DNA of 62,933 nucleotides, filler included, from 4 parts of 4 records of this genome joined end to end with filler, not necessarily neighbours in it; one strand, 5' to 3'; counted from the whole stretch's first letter, positions 43,305-54,414 are shown. Program-made: numbers and translations. The notes: generated by a model from the sequence alone, not told the origin.

Positions 43305-43952
43305 ATGAATACGTTTATTTTGATTGTGGAGCTGGCTGCAACCGTCGCTTTCGCCGTTTCAGGCGCAATGACTGGACTCAAAAAGAAAATGGATGTCTTT
43401 GGCGTCGCTATTTTAGGCCTCACGGCATCCGTCGGAGGCGGCGTCATCCGGGACATTGTTTTAGGTGTTTTACCGCCTCAGACCTTCCGCGATCCCAAGT
43501 ATGCCGTTATCGCCGTGGCGGTAGCTTTTATTGTTTTCATGCCCGCCATACACCGCCTGCTTCTGTCAAGACGGCGCGTTTTTGAAAGCGTCATTGTTTT
43601 GGTAGATGCTTTGGGTCTCGGTCTCTTTACGGTTGTCGGCATCCGAACGGCGTATGATGTCTCAACGGGCTTTAACGCGTTTTTACTGATTTTTGTCGGC
43701 GTAGCAACCGGTGTCGGCGGTGGGCTTTTGCGCGATTTGCTGGCCGGCGACATGCCGTTTATTTTCGTCCGCAACATCTACGCCAGCGCGTCCGCCGTGG
43801 GCGCTGCCGTCTGTGTCGTCTTATGGAAATACCTTGGCGGTGTCTTGGCCATGATGATCGGGGCCGGTATTATCGTCACGCTGCGCCTGCTGTCGTTTCA
43901 TTTTAAATGGCATCTGCCGCGTGCCGGCGGGTTTGATGATCCCGGGACATGA
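43305..43952 (+). CDS. UPF0126 / trimeric intracellular cation channel family (YadS-like)
   Basis: AFAVSGA, GGGVIRD, DALGLG, GGGLLRD and IYA motifs. Confidence 0.88.
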   Translation: MNTFILIVELAATVAFAVSGAMTGLKKKMDVFGVAILGLTASVGGGVIRDIVLGVLPPQTFRDPKYAVIAVAVAFIVFMPAIHRLLLSRRRVFESVIVLVDALGLGLFTVVGIRTAYDVSTGFNAFLLIFVGVATGVGGGLLRDLLAGDMPFIFVRNIYASASAVGAAVCVVLWKYLGGVLAMMIGAGIIVTLRLLSFHFKWHLPRAGGFDDPGT

Positions 43953-44029
43953 GTGAAGGCTTTTTCTTCTCAATACTTTTCTGGGCGTTTCAATCTCACC
44001 CCTGTTATTATTAATAGAATCAAAAACAG

Positions 44030-45281
44030 TCATAAACACGGTGGGCATTTCAGCAAAACCGGATAAAACACATTATTGTTGTCGATAAGGATGTCACTTT
44101 GTGCCCGAGGCATATGATCCTCAATATAGCGCTTCTGAATGGGTATGTACTTATTTCGGTATTTCTCCAAAAGCTTCCCCATATCGGGGGACATCCCGCT
44201 CTCGTGCTCGTTTCAGCACTTCGTCAAAACCAATCTCGAGATAGATTTTCCCATCGAGATACGCCAGTAACGGCGGCCTGAACAGCAAAACCCCCTCCAG
44301 CAGCACGACTGTATTTTCGTCCAACACATAATGGCGTGTTAGCTCATATTGATCGGTATCAAGATTAAGGCAAAGTACATCCCGGTCTATTCGCCCATTT
44401 TCCTTATAAGGCCTTAACACTTCATCAATCAGCTTGTCATAATCAAACGCGTTATGGTAATAGGCATCCAGTTCATCAGCACCGCTCCGGCGAAGCTCCA
44501 GCGGATTATGAAAATCATCAATGTGGATAACAGCACATTTGTAACCGATATCGCTCAAATACCGCGAGAATTTTTCCGTAAAAACAGTTTTTCCGGATGT
44601 GTCAATTCCATTGATACCGATAAGCGGTGCGCCGGGCCTGATCAATTTGTCCGTAATAACGGAGAATATCTCCATTTGATGAACGGCGGATAAAATATCT
44701 GGCGGCGATGACGCCATAAACGTCGCTTGCCGCAGCCGGCCAGGGTCGCCGTAGCCGTAAGCCGCGGCGATGGAGGGCAGATGATTGAGTTTGGCGGCAT
44801 CGACATCATCGCCCGTGTCCCCGACGAATACGGACAGCTCCTCCGATGCGAGCACCGTTTTCAGAAAAGCTGCCTTTGACGGTGAATTCTTTGCCGTGTA
44901 TCTGTGCTCAAAAAAAACACCGATACCGGTGCTTTGCAAAACAAGGTCAATATATTGAAGGCTGCCGTTGGAGCAGACCGACAGCCGATGGCCGGCTGCG
45001 CGCAGCTGCTCCAGCAGCTGCGTAACGCCCGAGTAAAGACGGCCGTGCTCGCGGACGGCCTGGTGGTCCAGCTCGCGAAAGCGATCCCGGACAGCTCCCG
45101 GTTGGATGCATTGGGGTAATAATGACTGGAGAAACCGGTCCGTTGTCTTTCCAACGCACGCTATAATCTGCCGGTTCGTCGGGGCCGGGATGTCAAGTTC
45201 CGTAAACAGTGTCCGCACCGCGTGCACAGCGGCACGTTCTGTCCGATACAGGGTGCCGTCCAAGTCAAAATACAGATGCAT
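44030..45281 (-). pseudogene. HAD phosphatase - uridine-kinase-like fusion with a frameshift near the 3' end
   Basis: FDLDGTL, GINGIDTSGKT, IHIDDFH and LEGVLL. Frame breaks at about 44169-44172; the other frame continues LEKYRNKYIPIQKRY...ILIDN to a stop at 44030. Confidence 0.7.
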
Positions 45282-45392
45282 AAGAAGCCTCCAAAATTGC
45301 CGGGTGTTAAATATACCGCTCCCGCGCGCCATCTCCCGGGCTTGAGCGGTATTTTCTTTATTCAACGGCATTTAAGCATAAAGGATGAAGCT

Positions 45393-46166
45393 TTAAATCT
45401 TCGTGCTGCTGCGGAATGGTTTTTCCGCGATCATCAAAATACGGTGTTCACGGCTCTCGATAGAGCCGTATGCTTCTATCTCATCTTGCAGGCGAACCAG
45501 ATTATCAAAGCACGCGGCGGTGGAAAAGCCGGGATATTCCCATTCCATCGCCCTTGCGTAAAAAACAACAGCTCCAAGATCGTAAAACCGGACCGGCGGG
45601 TACGCCTCCTCCGCCATAGTGATATTAAACCCGGCTTTTTTCAGACGCTCAGAACAATGCGATAAATTATGCTGAGGAAATGCCTGCTGATACCCGTCGA
45701 TCAATTTAAGCGACAGGCTCAGATTATTTTTTCCGCCCACCTGCTGCGTGATAAAAAAGCCGCCCGGCTTCAATACCCGGTAGACCTCGCTTTCATCGTA
45801 TGATGTATGCCGGTTGATGACAAGGTCAAACGTTGATGCCTCAAACGGCAGCCGGTCATCCGTCACACTTTTTACATTGACGCCGAGCGGTGCCAGACGC
45901 TGACGGCATAAGAGCACATTCGGCGGGTAAGCTTCCGTGACCGATGTCAAATTATGCGGGTGATTTAACGACAGCAAAAATTCGCCGCCGCCCGTGCCCA
46001 TATCCAGCAGCCGATCCGTTGGCTTCAAATATTTCAAGACCGCCGCTTTATATTCCCACGGAAGGTCCTCCGATACCATGCGGCCCTCAAGCTGCGAAAA
46101 GTCCCAGCCTGTCAGCGTTTTGGCTTCCTCTGCTTTGAGGTATGCTTTCAGCTTATTCGTATCCAT
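45393..46166 (-). CDS. Class I SAM-dependent methyltransferase
   Basis: GWDFS, LLDMGTGGGE and FDLVINRH...LKPGG. Confidence 0.88.
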   Translation of the reverse strand: MDTNKLKAYLKAEEAKTLTGWDFSQLEGRMVSEDLPWEYKAAVLKYLKPTDRLLDMGTGGGEFLLSLNHPHNLTSVTEAYPPNVLLCRQRLAPLGVNVKSVTDDRLPFEASTFDLVINRHTSYDESEVYRVLKPGGFFITQQVGGKNNLSLSLKLIDGYQQAFPQHNLSHCSERLKKAGFNITMAEEAYPPVRFYDLGAVVFYARAMEWEYPGFSTAACFDNLVRLQDEIEAYGSIESREHRILMIAEKPFRSSTKI

Positions 46167-46182
46167 AGCGTCTCCCTATTGC

Positions 46183-47172
46183 TCAAAGCATGAGCTTATG
46201 GCCGGAGCCGGCCACGGCAGGCAGCCCATACTCCGTTTTAAGCAGGTCAGTCAGCTTCAGGATATTATCCTCCCAGGAGGCACGCTCCGGCGCCTCGTAT
46301 TCGCCCATCGGGTACGGCAGGCCCAAGGAATCGTATTTTTCTATTCCCAGCCGGCGGTACGGCAGCAGCTGATACTGGACGATCCGGCCTTCCAGTTCGT
46401 CACGGATAAACGCGCCGACGGCACGAATATTCGCCTCATCGTCGTTATACCCCATGACAACCGGTGTGCGGATAACGAGCTTTTTACCCAGCTCGGCGGT
46501 TCGTTTGATATTTTCAAGTATCAGCTTGTTGTCAACGCCGGTGTATTCCCGATGTTTCAAAGGGTCCATATGCTTGATATCGGTAATGACAAGGTCCGTA
46601 TGCCGCCAGACGGCCTCCATGTGCTCCGGCGGGCAATATAACGCCGACTCGACGCATGTATTTATATGCTCTTTATGGCATTCTTCCAGAAGCATTGCCG
46701 CGATTTCCCATTGCAGCAGCACTTCCCCGCCGCTGAGCGTAACACCGCCGCCAGTCCGTTGATAAAAGCTTCGGTCCTCTGTAATGACTTTCATCAGCTC
46801 GGGAATGCTTATCCGCTCACCCCATTGCTTGAGCGCCCGGGGCGGGCAGACGTCGGTGCATTTAAAGCAGCCTTTGCAGGCATCCGTCATATGTGAAGCC
46901 TTTAAAACGCCGTTTTCAAATACAAGCGGCTTGCCGCATTCCGGGCAGACCCTTATACACGCGCCGCATTTATCCAAAGCCAGGCATTTTGACGGATAGA
47001 CGCCGATACGCGGAAATATCTCGAGTGCTTCGGGATTGGAGCACCACAGGCACCGAAGCGGGCAGCCGCTGAAAAAAATCTCCGTACGGATACCCGGGCC
47101 GTCGTGGATCGTATATTTTTGAATATTGCTTACCAGCGCACACAGCTCGCCGGCTTCGTTATGATACAGCAA
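46183..47172 (-). CDS. Glycyl-radical enzyme activase with ferredoxin-like insertion
   Basis: HDGPGIRT, CPLRCLWCSNPE, two extra Cys clusters and GGVTLSGGE. Confidence 0.92.
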   Translation of the reverse strand: MLYHNEAGELCALVSNIQKYTIHDGPGIRTEIFFSGCPLRCLWCSNPEALEIFPRIGVYPSKCLALDKCGACIRVCPECGKPLVFENGVLKASHMTDACKGCFKCTDVCPPRALKQWGERISIPELMKVITEDRSFYQRTGGGVTLSGGEVLLQWEIAAMLLEECHKEHINTCVESALYCPPEHMEAVWRHTDLVITDIKHMDPLKHREYTGVDNKLILENIKRTAELGKKLVIRTPVVMGYNDDEANIRAVGAFIRDELEGRIVQYQLLPYRRLGIEKYDSLGLPYPMGEYEAPERASWEDNILKLTDLLKTEYGLPAVAGSGHKLML

Positions 47173-47349
47173 TGCATGCTCCCCGTTTCGGTAATTTTTA
47201 TGACGTTCAAGCTGTCTCCAAGCGGATTATTCTGCGTTTACTGGGCATAGATAGATTTAGGGCGCGTCCCGCCGGTGCATTTTGTCATCTTTTTTGATAG
47301 CTGCCGGCAGGACGTCGCCCTTTTTTGTTTGGCAGCCTGGCTGCGTGTC

Positions 47350-47373
47350 GGGCGATTCGTGAATCGCCCCTAC
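47350..47373 (-). repeat. GTAG-type REP element
   Basis: Minus strand reads GTAG-GGGCGATTC-ac-GAATCGCCC. Confidence 0.75.
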
Positions 47374-47429
47374 GACATACGGATAATAAAGGGCGTAATG
47401 CTCAAAAAGCCTCGCAGAGTTTCCGTCGC

Positions 47430-47529
47430 NNNNNNNNNNNNNNNNNNNNNNNNNNNNNNNNNNNNNNNNNNNNTTAATTAATTAANNNNNNNNNNNNNNN
47501 NNNNNNNNNNNNNNNNNNNNNNNNNNNNN
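47430..47529. other. Artificial contig spacer
   Basis: N44-TTAATTAATTAA-N44. Confidence 0.98.
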
Positions 47530-47530
47530 A

Positions 47531-48538
47531 AAAAGGGGAGACAAGATCGTTTATATAGGAACAAAAGCTGGTTTTGAGGCAAAGGTCATTCCGCAGACGG
47601 GTTGGAGAATCGAGTATCTTTCAACTCCAAGGTGGAAAGGGCAGAGTTTCGTAACTCGAATTGTTGCGTTAATGAGGATTCCTTTTGCCGTTTTAAAAGC
47701 AAGGAAGCTTCTTAAAGAGATCTCTCCAGATATCGTAATAGGTGTTGGTGGTTATGCATCAGCTCCAGTCTTGATGGCTTCTTTTCTAAAAAGAATTCCA
47801 TCGGTGGTTATGGAGCAGAATGCCATACCTGGAGTGACCAATAGGAAGCTAAGCCACTTTGTTAAGAAAATTTTTGTCTCTTTTCCAGATTTAAAAGGCG
47901 TTTTTAAAAAATCGAAGGTTGTTGAAGTCGGTAATCCGGTTAGAGGAGAGATTTTAAGTTCAATTATGGATGAAAAACGAGAAGAAAATATCGGAGATAA
48001 GTTTTGTATCTTGTGTTTTGGCGGCTCTCAAGGCGCAAAAAGTATAAACGAAGCCCTCTTAGCAAGTATGAAATATCTAAGAGATGCCAAAGACGAAATT
48101 AAGATCATTCATCAAATTGGAAAGAGTTTGGATCTTGATGTCGCAAAAGATATTTATGAACGCGAAGGTTTTGAATCAGAAGTTTTGGAGTTTATCGACG
48201 ATATGGCAAGCAAATATAAAGAAGCTGATTTGATCATTTGCCGTGCTGGTGCAACCAGTATCTGGGAGTTGACGATTGTCGGCAAGCCATCAGTTTTGGT
48301 CCCGTATCCATATGCCGCCGATAATCACCAGGAGGCTAATGCTAGATATTTGTCAGACAACGGTGGAGCGCTTCTTGTTTTGGATAAAGAGATGTCTGGC
48401 GAAAAGGTTGCAGAGATAATTAAAAACCTTTTCAAAGAGCCAGTTAAGTTAAAAGAGATGGGAGAGGCTGTCAAAAAGATGGCTAAACCAAATGCGGCCA
48501 AAGAGATTGTAGATGAGTGTTATAAGTTGGCCAGCTAA
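47531..48538 (+). CDS. murG: MurG (5' truncated)
   Basis: GGYAS, EQNAIPG, GNPVR, GGSQGA, RAGA and HQEANA motifs. Confidence 0.95.
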   Translation, partial: KRGDKIVYIGTKAGFEAKVIPQTGWRIEYLSTPRWKGQSFVTRIVALMRIPFAVLKARKLLKEISPDIVIGVGGYASAPVLMASFLKRIPSVVMEQNAIPGVTNRKLSHFVKKIFVSFPDLKGVFKKSKVVEVGNPVRGEILSSIMDEKREENIGDKFCILCFGGSQGAKSINEALLASMKYLRDAKDEIKIIHQIGKSLDLDVAKDIYEREGFESEVLEFIDDMASKYKEADLIICRAGATSIWELTIVGKPSVLVPYPYAADNHQEANARYLSDNGGALLVLDKEMSGEKVAEIIKNLFKEPVKLKEMGEAVKKMAKPNAAKEIVDECYKLAS

Positions 48539-48551
48539 CAAAGGGTAGAAG

Positions 48552-49925
48552 ATGTATAAAAAATATCAACATATCCATTTTATAGGAATCGGCGGAATCG
48601 GAATGAGTGGTATCGCCGAAGTTTTGCTGACTCTCAAATATAAAGTCAGCGGTTCCGATATGAAGCTTGGTGCTGTGACTAATAGATTGAAGAGAAGAGG
48701 TGCCAAGGTCTACAGGGGTCACAGGGCAAGCAATATAAAGGATGCAGATGTTGTTGTTGTTTCATCGGCAATCAAAAAGGGTAATGTTGAATTTCAAGAA
48801 GCTAAGAAGCTCGGTCTTCCAATAGTTCCAAGAGCAGAGATGTTAGCAGAATTAATGAGACTTAAGTATGGTATTGCTGTTGCTGGTACACATGGAAAGA
48901 CATCAACAACTTCACTTATTGCATCACTACTTTTTAATACAGGTTTTGACCCAACAATGGTTATTGGCGGAAGGGTTAATTCTTTCAGAACAAACGCGCG
49001 TCTTGGAAAAGGTGATTATTTAGTTGCAGAGGCTGATGAGAGCGATCTTTCATTTCTCCATTTAAGCCCAACAATATCGGTAATAACGAGTATAGACCCC
49101 GATCACATGGAAAATTACAAGAATTTCAAACATATGGTTCAGAGTTATGAGGAGTTCGCAAGTAAGGTTCCTTTTTATGGATGTGTTGTTGCTGGTATTG
49201 ATCATCCTGAAGTCAAAAAGCTTGCAAAGAAACTTAAGAAGAGGGTCGTGACATACGGAATAAAAGAAAAAGCAGATTTTATGGCTTCAGATATCAGACA
49301 GGTTGCCGATCGTTTGCAGTTTATTGTTCATTATAAAGGTAAAGAGCTAGGTGCAATCCGGGTTAATATGGTTGGACGCCATAGCGTTTCAAATGCTTTG
49401 GCTACATTGGCCGTTGGACATGAATTGGATATTCCTTTCTCAAAGATGGTGTCAGCGTTTTCAAAATTTAAAGGTGTTGAACGTAGATTTCAAATTCTTA
49501 AAAGAGGACCTGGCCCAGTTGTTGTTAATGATTATGCTCATCATCCAGCAGAAATCGCTGCAACGATCAATGCTGCAAGGCAAGGTTGGCCAGAGAAGAG
49601 ATTGGTTTTTGTTCATCAGCCTCACAGATACACAAGGCTCAAATCTCTCTTTAAAGATTTTGTAAAAGTTTTGAGTGAATCTGACGTCGTTGTCTTGCTT
49701 CCGCTATATGCAGCGGGTGAAAAACCTCTAAGAGGTATTGGTTCAAGGCAACTCTATACGTCTCTAAAAAGGAGATATCCAAAACTTTGTGTCGAAGTTG
49801 TTAAAGATACGAGCAAGATTGTGAAATTGGCAAAAGAAAAAATAGAGTTTAATGATTTGGTAATATTTTCTGGTGCGGGTGATATCTGGAAAATGGGTAA
49901 GGATGTTGCAAAGGCTTTAAAATAG
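48552..49925 (+). CDS. murC: UDP-MurNAc-L-Ala ligase
   Basis: GIGGIGMSG, GTHGKTST, EADESD and DYAHHP. Confidence 0.96.
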   Translation: MYKKYQHIHFIGIGGIGMSGIAEVLLTLKYKVSGSDMKLGAVTNRLKRRGAKVYRGHRASNIKDADVVVVSSAIKKGNVEFQEAKKLGLPIVPRAEMLAELMRLKYGIAVAGTHGKTSTTSLIASLLFNTGFDPTMVIGGRVNSFRTNARLGKGDYLVAEADESDLSFLHLSPTISVITSIDPDHMENYKNFKHMVQSYEEFASKVPFYGCVVAGIDHPEVKKLAKKLKKRVVTYGIKEKADFMASDIRQVADRLQFIVHYKGKELGAIRVNMVGRHSVSNALATLAVGHELDIPFSKMVSAFSKFKGVERRFQILKRGPGPVVVNDYAHHPAEIAATINAARQGWPEKRLVFVHQPHRYTRLKSLFKDFVKVLSESDVVVLLPLYAAGEKPLRGIGSRQLYTSLKRRYPKLCVEVVKDTSKIVKLAKEKIEFNDLVIFSGAGDIWKMGKDVAKALK

Positions 49926-49937
49926 GTAGGTAAAGGA

Positions 49938-50864
49938 ATGTTGACTGAAGAACTAAAAAATAAATTATCAGAGATAGCAAAAGGAACGATTCTTTTTGAT
50001 GAACCTATGTCGAACCACACAACTATTAAGGTTGGTGGTGTTGTAAATGCATTTGTTGAACCTACGGGTGAGGAAGATCTCCTTCAGGTTCTTAAGTTTG
50101 CAAAAGAAGCTGGTGTTGATGTCTATATCGTCGGTGCTGGAAGTAACGTTCTTTTTAGAGATAACGGTTTTGATGGTATTGTTGTTACGACACCTGGTTT
50201 TAAGGAGATGACAGTTAAAGAAAAGACAGATTCTTCAGTTACAGTTGTTATCGAATCAGGAGTTATGGTCAGCGATATCGTTAATTTTTCAATTCAAGAG
50301 AGCTTGAAAGGGTTTGCTCCTCTCGCCGGCATTCCAGGAACGGTTGGTGGTGCTCTTTATATGAATGCGGGCACACATGATGGAAATATTTCTGATACGC
50401 TCGTTAAGGTAAATGCAATTGATAAGTCGGGTCGTAGATACGAATGGGGAAAAGATAAGCTGAAAATTTCGTATAGAAAGATAAAGTTTCCGAAATCGTG
50501 TGTTGTTTTGTCGGCAGAATTTCAGCTTGAAAAGGGCGAAAAGAGTGAGATTGAAGCTCAGGTGAATGAACTGAGACAACGCAGAAAAGATAGACATCCC
50601 TTGCAGCATCCTTCTATGGGTTCGATTTTTAAGAATCCTGAAAAAGGGCCTTCAGCTGGTGAACTTATAGAAGAAGCCGGGTTAAAGGGTGTTCGTGTTG
50701 GTGGGGCTAGGGTTTCTGAAAAGCATGCTAATTGGATTATTAATGAAGGTAATGCAACTGCAAAAGATATCGAAGTTTTAATACATTTGGTCAGAGAAAA
50801 AGTGAAAGAGGCTTCAGACGAAGTTCTCGATTGTGAAATTATAACGGTGGGAAAAAAGAGCTAG
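49938..50864 (+). CDS. murB: UDP-GlcNAc-enolpyruvate reductase
   Basis: GAGSNVL, GIPGTVGG, MNAG, GSIFKNP and SEKHAN. Confidence 0.95.
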   Translation: MLTEELKNKLSEIAKGTILFDEPMSNHTTIKVGGVVNAFVEPTGEEDLLQVLKFAKEAGVDVYIVGAGSNVLFRDNGFDGIVVTTPGFKEMTVKEKTDSSVTVVIESGVMVSDIVNFSIQESLKGFAPLAGIPGTVGGALYMNAGTHDGNISDTLVKVNAIDKSGRRYEWGKDKLKISYRKIKFPKSCVVLSAEFQLEKGEKSEIEAQVNELRQRRKDRHPLQHPSMGSIFKNPEKGPSAGELIEEAGLKGVRVGGARVSEKHANWIINEGNATAKDIEVLIHLVREKVKEASDEVLDCEIITVGKKS

Positions 50865-50887
50865 AAAATTTTTTTGGGGGAGTTTAG

Positions 50888-51694
50888 GTGGTAAACCTAA
50901 ATAATCAAAATTCGCAAAATATCGATGTTCGTAAACGACGTCGTACGTTTAAGTTTGTCAAAAAGGTTCAGCGGATCTCTGCTGTTGTCTTGGCTTGGCT
51001 TGTTGGTGCGGCTATTCTTTATGGTATCTATATTACTGTCTTTCTAAAACCTTATTTTAAGGTTGAGCAGATAGAAATAAAAGGTGAATACTCAGTTCTA
51101 ACAAAAGAAGAGATTATTAGAGATTCCAATATCAGTATTGGCGATCATCTTTTAAGAATTCCTGTTGGTAAAATTCAGAAAAAATTGACTGAAAATCCTT
51201 GGGTTAAAGAGGCTGCAGTTCATCGGAAGCTGCCTCATATGGCTTGGATTTATGTGAATGAATATAAGCCCGAAGCAATAGTTAAGGCGAACGACTGGTA
51301 TTATATTGATAAAGAAGGAACTCTTTTTAAGAAAGTTGAAAAAGGCGATGAGAAAGATTTTCCAGTAATTACCGGTTTGGAAAAGTTTTCCAAGAAAGGT
51401 TTTAACGGAGAATTTGAATCAAAGGTTATGGAAATATTGGCAGTTAAAGAGCTCTACGAAAATTCACAGCTAAATGAAATGTTTGGTCTCTCAGAGCTTC
51501 ACTACAGTAAAAATAAAGGTGTTTCGATAATTACTCTAGGTAGTCCGATGGAGCTAAGGCTCGGCTTTGGACCGTTCAGAGAAAAGATCGACAGATTGCA
51601 GACAATTTATCCAGCAATTCTATCTCATGGTGGGGTGATTGCTTACGTAGATTTGAATAGTGATGGAAAGGTGGTCGTTAAATATGGAACTTAA
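50888..51694 (+). CDS. ftsQ: Cell division protein FtsQ
   Basis: TM helix, POTRA domain (PWVKEA..RKLP) and YVDL C-terminus. Confidence 0.88.
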   Translation: MVNLNNQNSQNIDVRKRRRTFKFVKKVQRISAVVLAWLVGAAILYGIYITVFLKPYFKVEQIEIKGEYSVLTKEEIIRDSNISIGDHLLRIPVGKIQKKLTENPWVKEAAVHRKLPHMAWIYVNEYKPEAIVKANDWYYIDKEGTLFKKVEKGDEKDFPVITGLEKFSKKGFNGEFESKVMEILAVKELYENSQLNEMFGLSELHYSKNKGVSIITLGSPMELRLGFGPFREKIDRLQTIYPAILSHGGVIAYVDLNSDGKVVVKYGT

Positions 51695-51840
51695 TTTATT
51701 AGTTCCTTCATGTAGAAGGGCAACGGTAGTTTTATTTATAGAACAGTTCTTAAAACGCGGAAGGTATGGCCCGCCCGGGGGATGAGAAAGTTTTTTGGGC
51801 GGTTGTAAATGATCATAACCTTAAATAGGAGGTTACTTAA

Positions 51841-53067
51841 ATGGGCAGAAACGAAAATCTTATAGTCGGGCTGGACATCGGAACGACGAAAGTCTGTTCG
51901 ATAGTTGGAGAGCTTGAAGAAGATAGTATCAATATAATAGGTATTGGGTCCCATCCTTCGAAGGGACTTAGAAAAGGTGTTGTTGTAAATATTGAGAGCA
52001 CGGTCGATGCCGTAAAGAAATCGATTGAAGAAGCTGAGCTTATGGGTGGATGTAATATTACATCTGTCTATGCAGGCATCTCTGGTGCTCACATCAAGGG
52101 CTTAAACAGTCGCGGAATTGTTGCGGTCAAGGAGAGAGAAGTTAAAACTCCTGACGTAAAAAGAGTTGTTGATGCAGCTCAAGCCTTGGCAATTCCTTTA
52201 GACAGAGAAGTCCTTCATGTCATTCCTCAGGAATTTATCATCGATGATCAAGACGGTGTTAAAGATCCTATCGGAATGTCGGGTGTAAGGCTTGAAGCAA
52301 AGGTGCATATCGTTACGGCGCTCGCTTCAGCAACTCAGAATATTGTTAAGTGCTGCAATAGAGCTGGCCTAAATGTTCAGAACATAGTTCTGCAGCAGTT
52401 GGCAGCTTCGGAAGCAGTCCTTGGTCAGGATGAAAAAGAACTAGGTGTTGTTTTGGTTGATATCGGTGGTGGGACTGCAGATATTTCAATCTACTGTGGT
52501 GGTAGTATTGTCTACACAGCTGTTCTTCCAATCGGTGGAAACCATCTAACAAATGATATTGCTGTTGGTCTTAGAACTCCTGCTCAAGAAGCAGAAAAGA
52601 TTAAACAGAAATATGGTTGCGTTCTTACTTCCCTCGTTCAGCGTGAAGAGACGATTGAAGTCCCAAGTGTTGGTGGAAGAAACCCAAGAATACTTTCAAG
52701 GCAGATTCTTTCAGAAATTTTGGAACCAAGAGTTGAAGAAGTTTTTCAACTTGTTCAGCAAGAAATTTCTAAATCTGGTTATGAAGAGAGAATTGCAGCT
52801 GGCGTTGTTCTTACCGGTGGGTGTTCAATACTCGAAGGTATGCCAGAACTCGCAGAGCAGGTCTTTAATCTTCCTGTCAGACGTGGCGAACCAAAAGGTG
52901 TTGGCGGCTTAATTGATGTGGTCAGAAATCCAATGTATGCAACATCAGTTGGTTTGGCAATGATGGGTAGTAAAGATGAGAGTGAACGTAAGTATAAAGT
53001 ACAAGAGAAGAAAGGTTACTCCAAGATTAAGGGAAGAGTTAAAGAGCTCTTCGGAGAAATTTTCTAG
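51841..53067 (+). CDS. ftsA: Cell division protein FtsA
   Basis: GLDIGTTKV, DIGGGT and VLTGG motifs. Confidence 0.96.
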   Translation: MGRNENLIVGLDIGTTKVCSIVGELEEDSINIIGIGSHPSKGLRKGVVVNIESTVDAVKKSIEEAELMGGCNITSVYAGISGAHIKGLNSRGIVAVKEREVKTPDVKRVVDAAQALAIPLDREVLHVIPQEFIIDDQDGVKDPIGMSGVRLEAKVHIVTALASATQNIVKCCNRAGLNVQNIVLQQLAASEAVLGQDEKELGVVLVDIGGGTADISIYCGGSIVYTAVLPIGGNHLTNDIAVGLRTPAQEAEKIKQKYGCVLTSLVQREETIEVPSVGGRNPRILSRQILSEILEPRVEEVFQLVQQEISKSGYEERIAAGVVLTGGCSILEGMPELAEQVFNLPVRRGEPKGVGGLIDVVRNPMYATSVGLAMMGSKDESERKYKVQEKKGYSKIKGRVKELFGEIF

Positions 53068-53119
53068 ATTCTAGCTTTTTGAATTTTAACCATGAATACA
53101 ACATAAGGAGGAGAATCTT

Positions 53120-54412
53120 ATGTTTGAATTAGTTGAAGAGATAAACACTGGGGCAAGAATAAAGGTAGTTGGTGTTGGTGGTGCAGGTAGTAACGCCGTT
53201 AATACAATGATAAGAACCAAAATGGACGGAGTAGATTTTATTGCGGCAAATACAGATTTGCAGGCTCTTCGTTCGTCAAGTGCAGCAACTAAGATCCAGC
53301 TCGGTTGTCAGTTGACAAAGGGTTTGGGCGCTGGATCAAGTCCAGATGTTGGTAGAGATGCAGCTCTAGAAGATCAAAATGCCATAATGGATTCCATTGG
53401 TGAAGCTGATATGGTTTTCATCACTGCTGGAATGGGCGGCGGAACTGGAACTGGGGGAGCTCCTGTCATAGCTAAGCTTGCAAAAGAGATGGGAGCATTA
53501 ACAGTTGGTGTCGTTACAAAACCATTCGGTTTTGAAGGTAAGAGAAGACTTCGTTCGGCTGAGGATGGAATTAATGAGCTGAGAAAAGAAGTTGATACTC
53601 TGATCACCATTCCAAATGAAAAACTTCTTCAGGTTGCTGGACGCGATATGCCACTTCTTGATACTTTTAAGAAAGCAGATGAAGTTTTATTGCAGGCTGT
53701 AAAAGGTATTTCAGATCTTATTACGATTCAGGGTTTGATCAACTTGGATTTTGCAGATGTTAAGACGATCATGAGTGATATGGGTATGGCGCTTATGGGT
53801 GCTGGAATATCCTCTGGTGAAGACCGTGCTGTTGACGCTGCAACAAAAGCCGTCTCTAGTCCACTTCTTGAGAATGTTTCAATCCGTGGTGCAACTGGTA
53901 TCTTGATCAATATTACTGGTGGACCAAATATGACTCTTCACGAAGTCAATGAAGCTTCTAAGCTTGTTCAAGAAGAAGCAGACGAAGATGCAAACATCAT
54001 TTTTGGTGCAGTTATTGATGAATCAATGGCTGATGATATCAGAGTTACTGTTATCGCAACTGGTTTTAATAAGAGTGTTCGATTGGGTAAGGTTCCTGCG
54101 AAGAGGATTGTTCAGTCAGTTCCAACAACTTCTTCGGTTTCAGCTTCTGTCCCAACAGCTCAAGCAGCATCAGCTCCATCAACACCTTCGACTCCGTCAA
54201 GACCAACGGAGGTTCATACTGAAACAAGACTAGCTCTATCAGCAGACAGTCCTGATCCTGTTCCAGTAACAGAGACGATTGAAAGACCGGCTCTTCATCA
54301 CGAAAGAATGGAGACAGCAAGTCTTCGTGAATTGGTCAGCGAGATAGGTATAACAGATTTTCAAGACGACGAATACGATATCCCAACTTTCTTGAGAAAG
54401 CAGGCAGACTAG
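53120..54412 (+). CDS. ftsZ: Cell division protein FtsZ
   Basis: [16 protein letters not shown] and C-terminal [11 protein letters not shown]. Confidence 0.98.
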   Translation: MFELVEEINTGARIKVVGVGGAGSNAVNTMIRTKMDGVDFIAANTDLQALRSSSAATKIQLGCQLTKGLGAGSSPDVGRDAALEDQNAIMDSIGEADMVFITAGMGGGTGTGGAPVIAKLAKEMGALTVGVVTKPFGFEGKRRLRSAEDGINELRKEVDTLITIPNEKLLQVAGRDMPLLDTFKKADEVLLQAVKGISDLITIQGLINLDFADVKTIMSDMGMALMGAGISSGEDRAVDAATKAVSSPLLENVSIRGATGILINITGGPNMTLHEVNEASKLVQEEADEDANIIFGAVIDESMADDIRVTVIATGFNKSVRLGKVPAKRIVQSVPTTSSVSASVPTAQAASAPSTPSTPSRPTEVHTETRLALSADSPDPVPVTETIERPALHHERMETASLRELVSEIGITDFQDDEYDIPTFLRKQAD

Positions 54413-54414
54413 TA

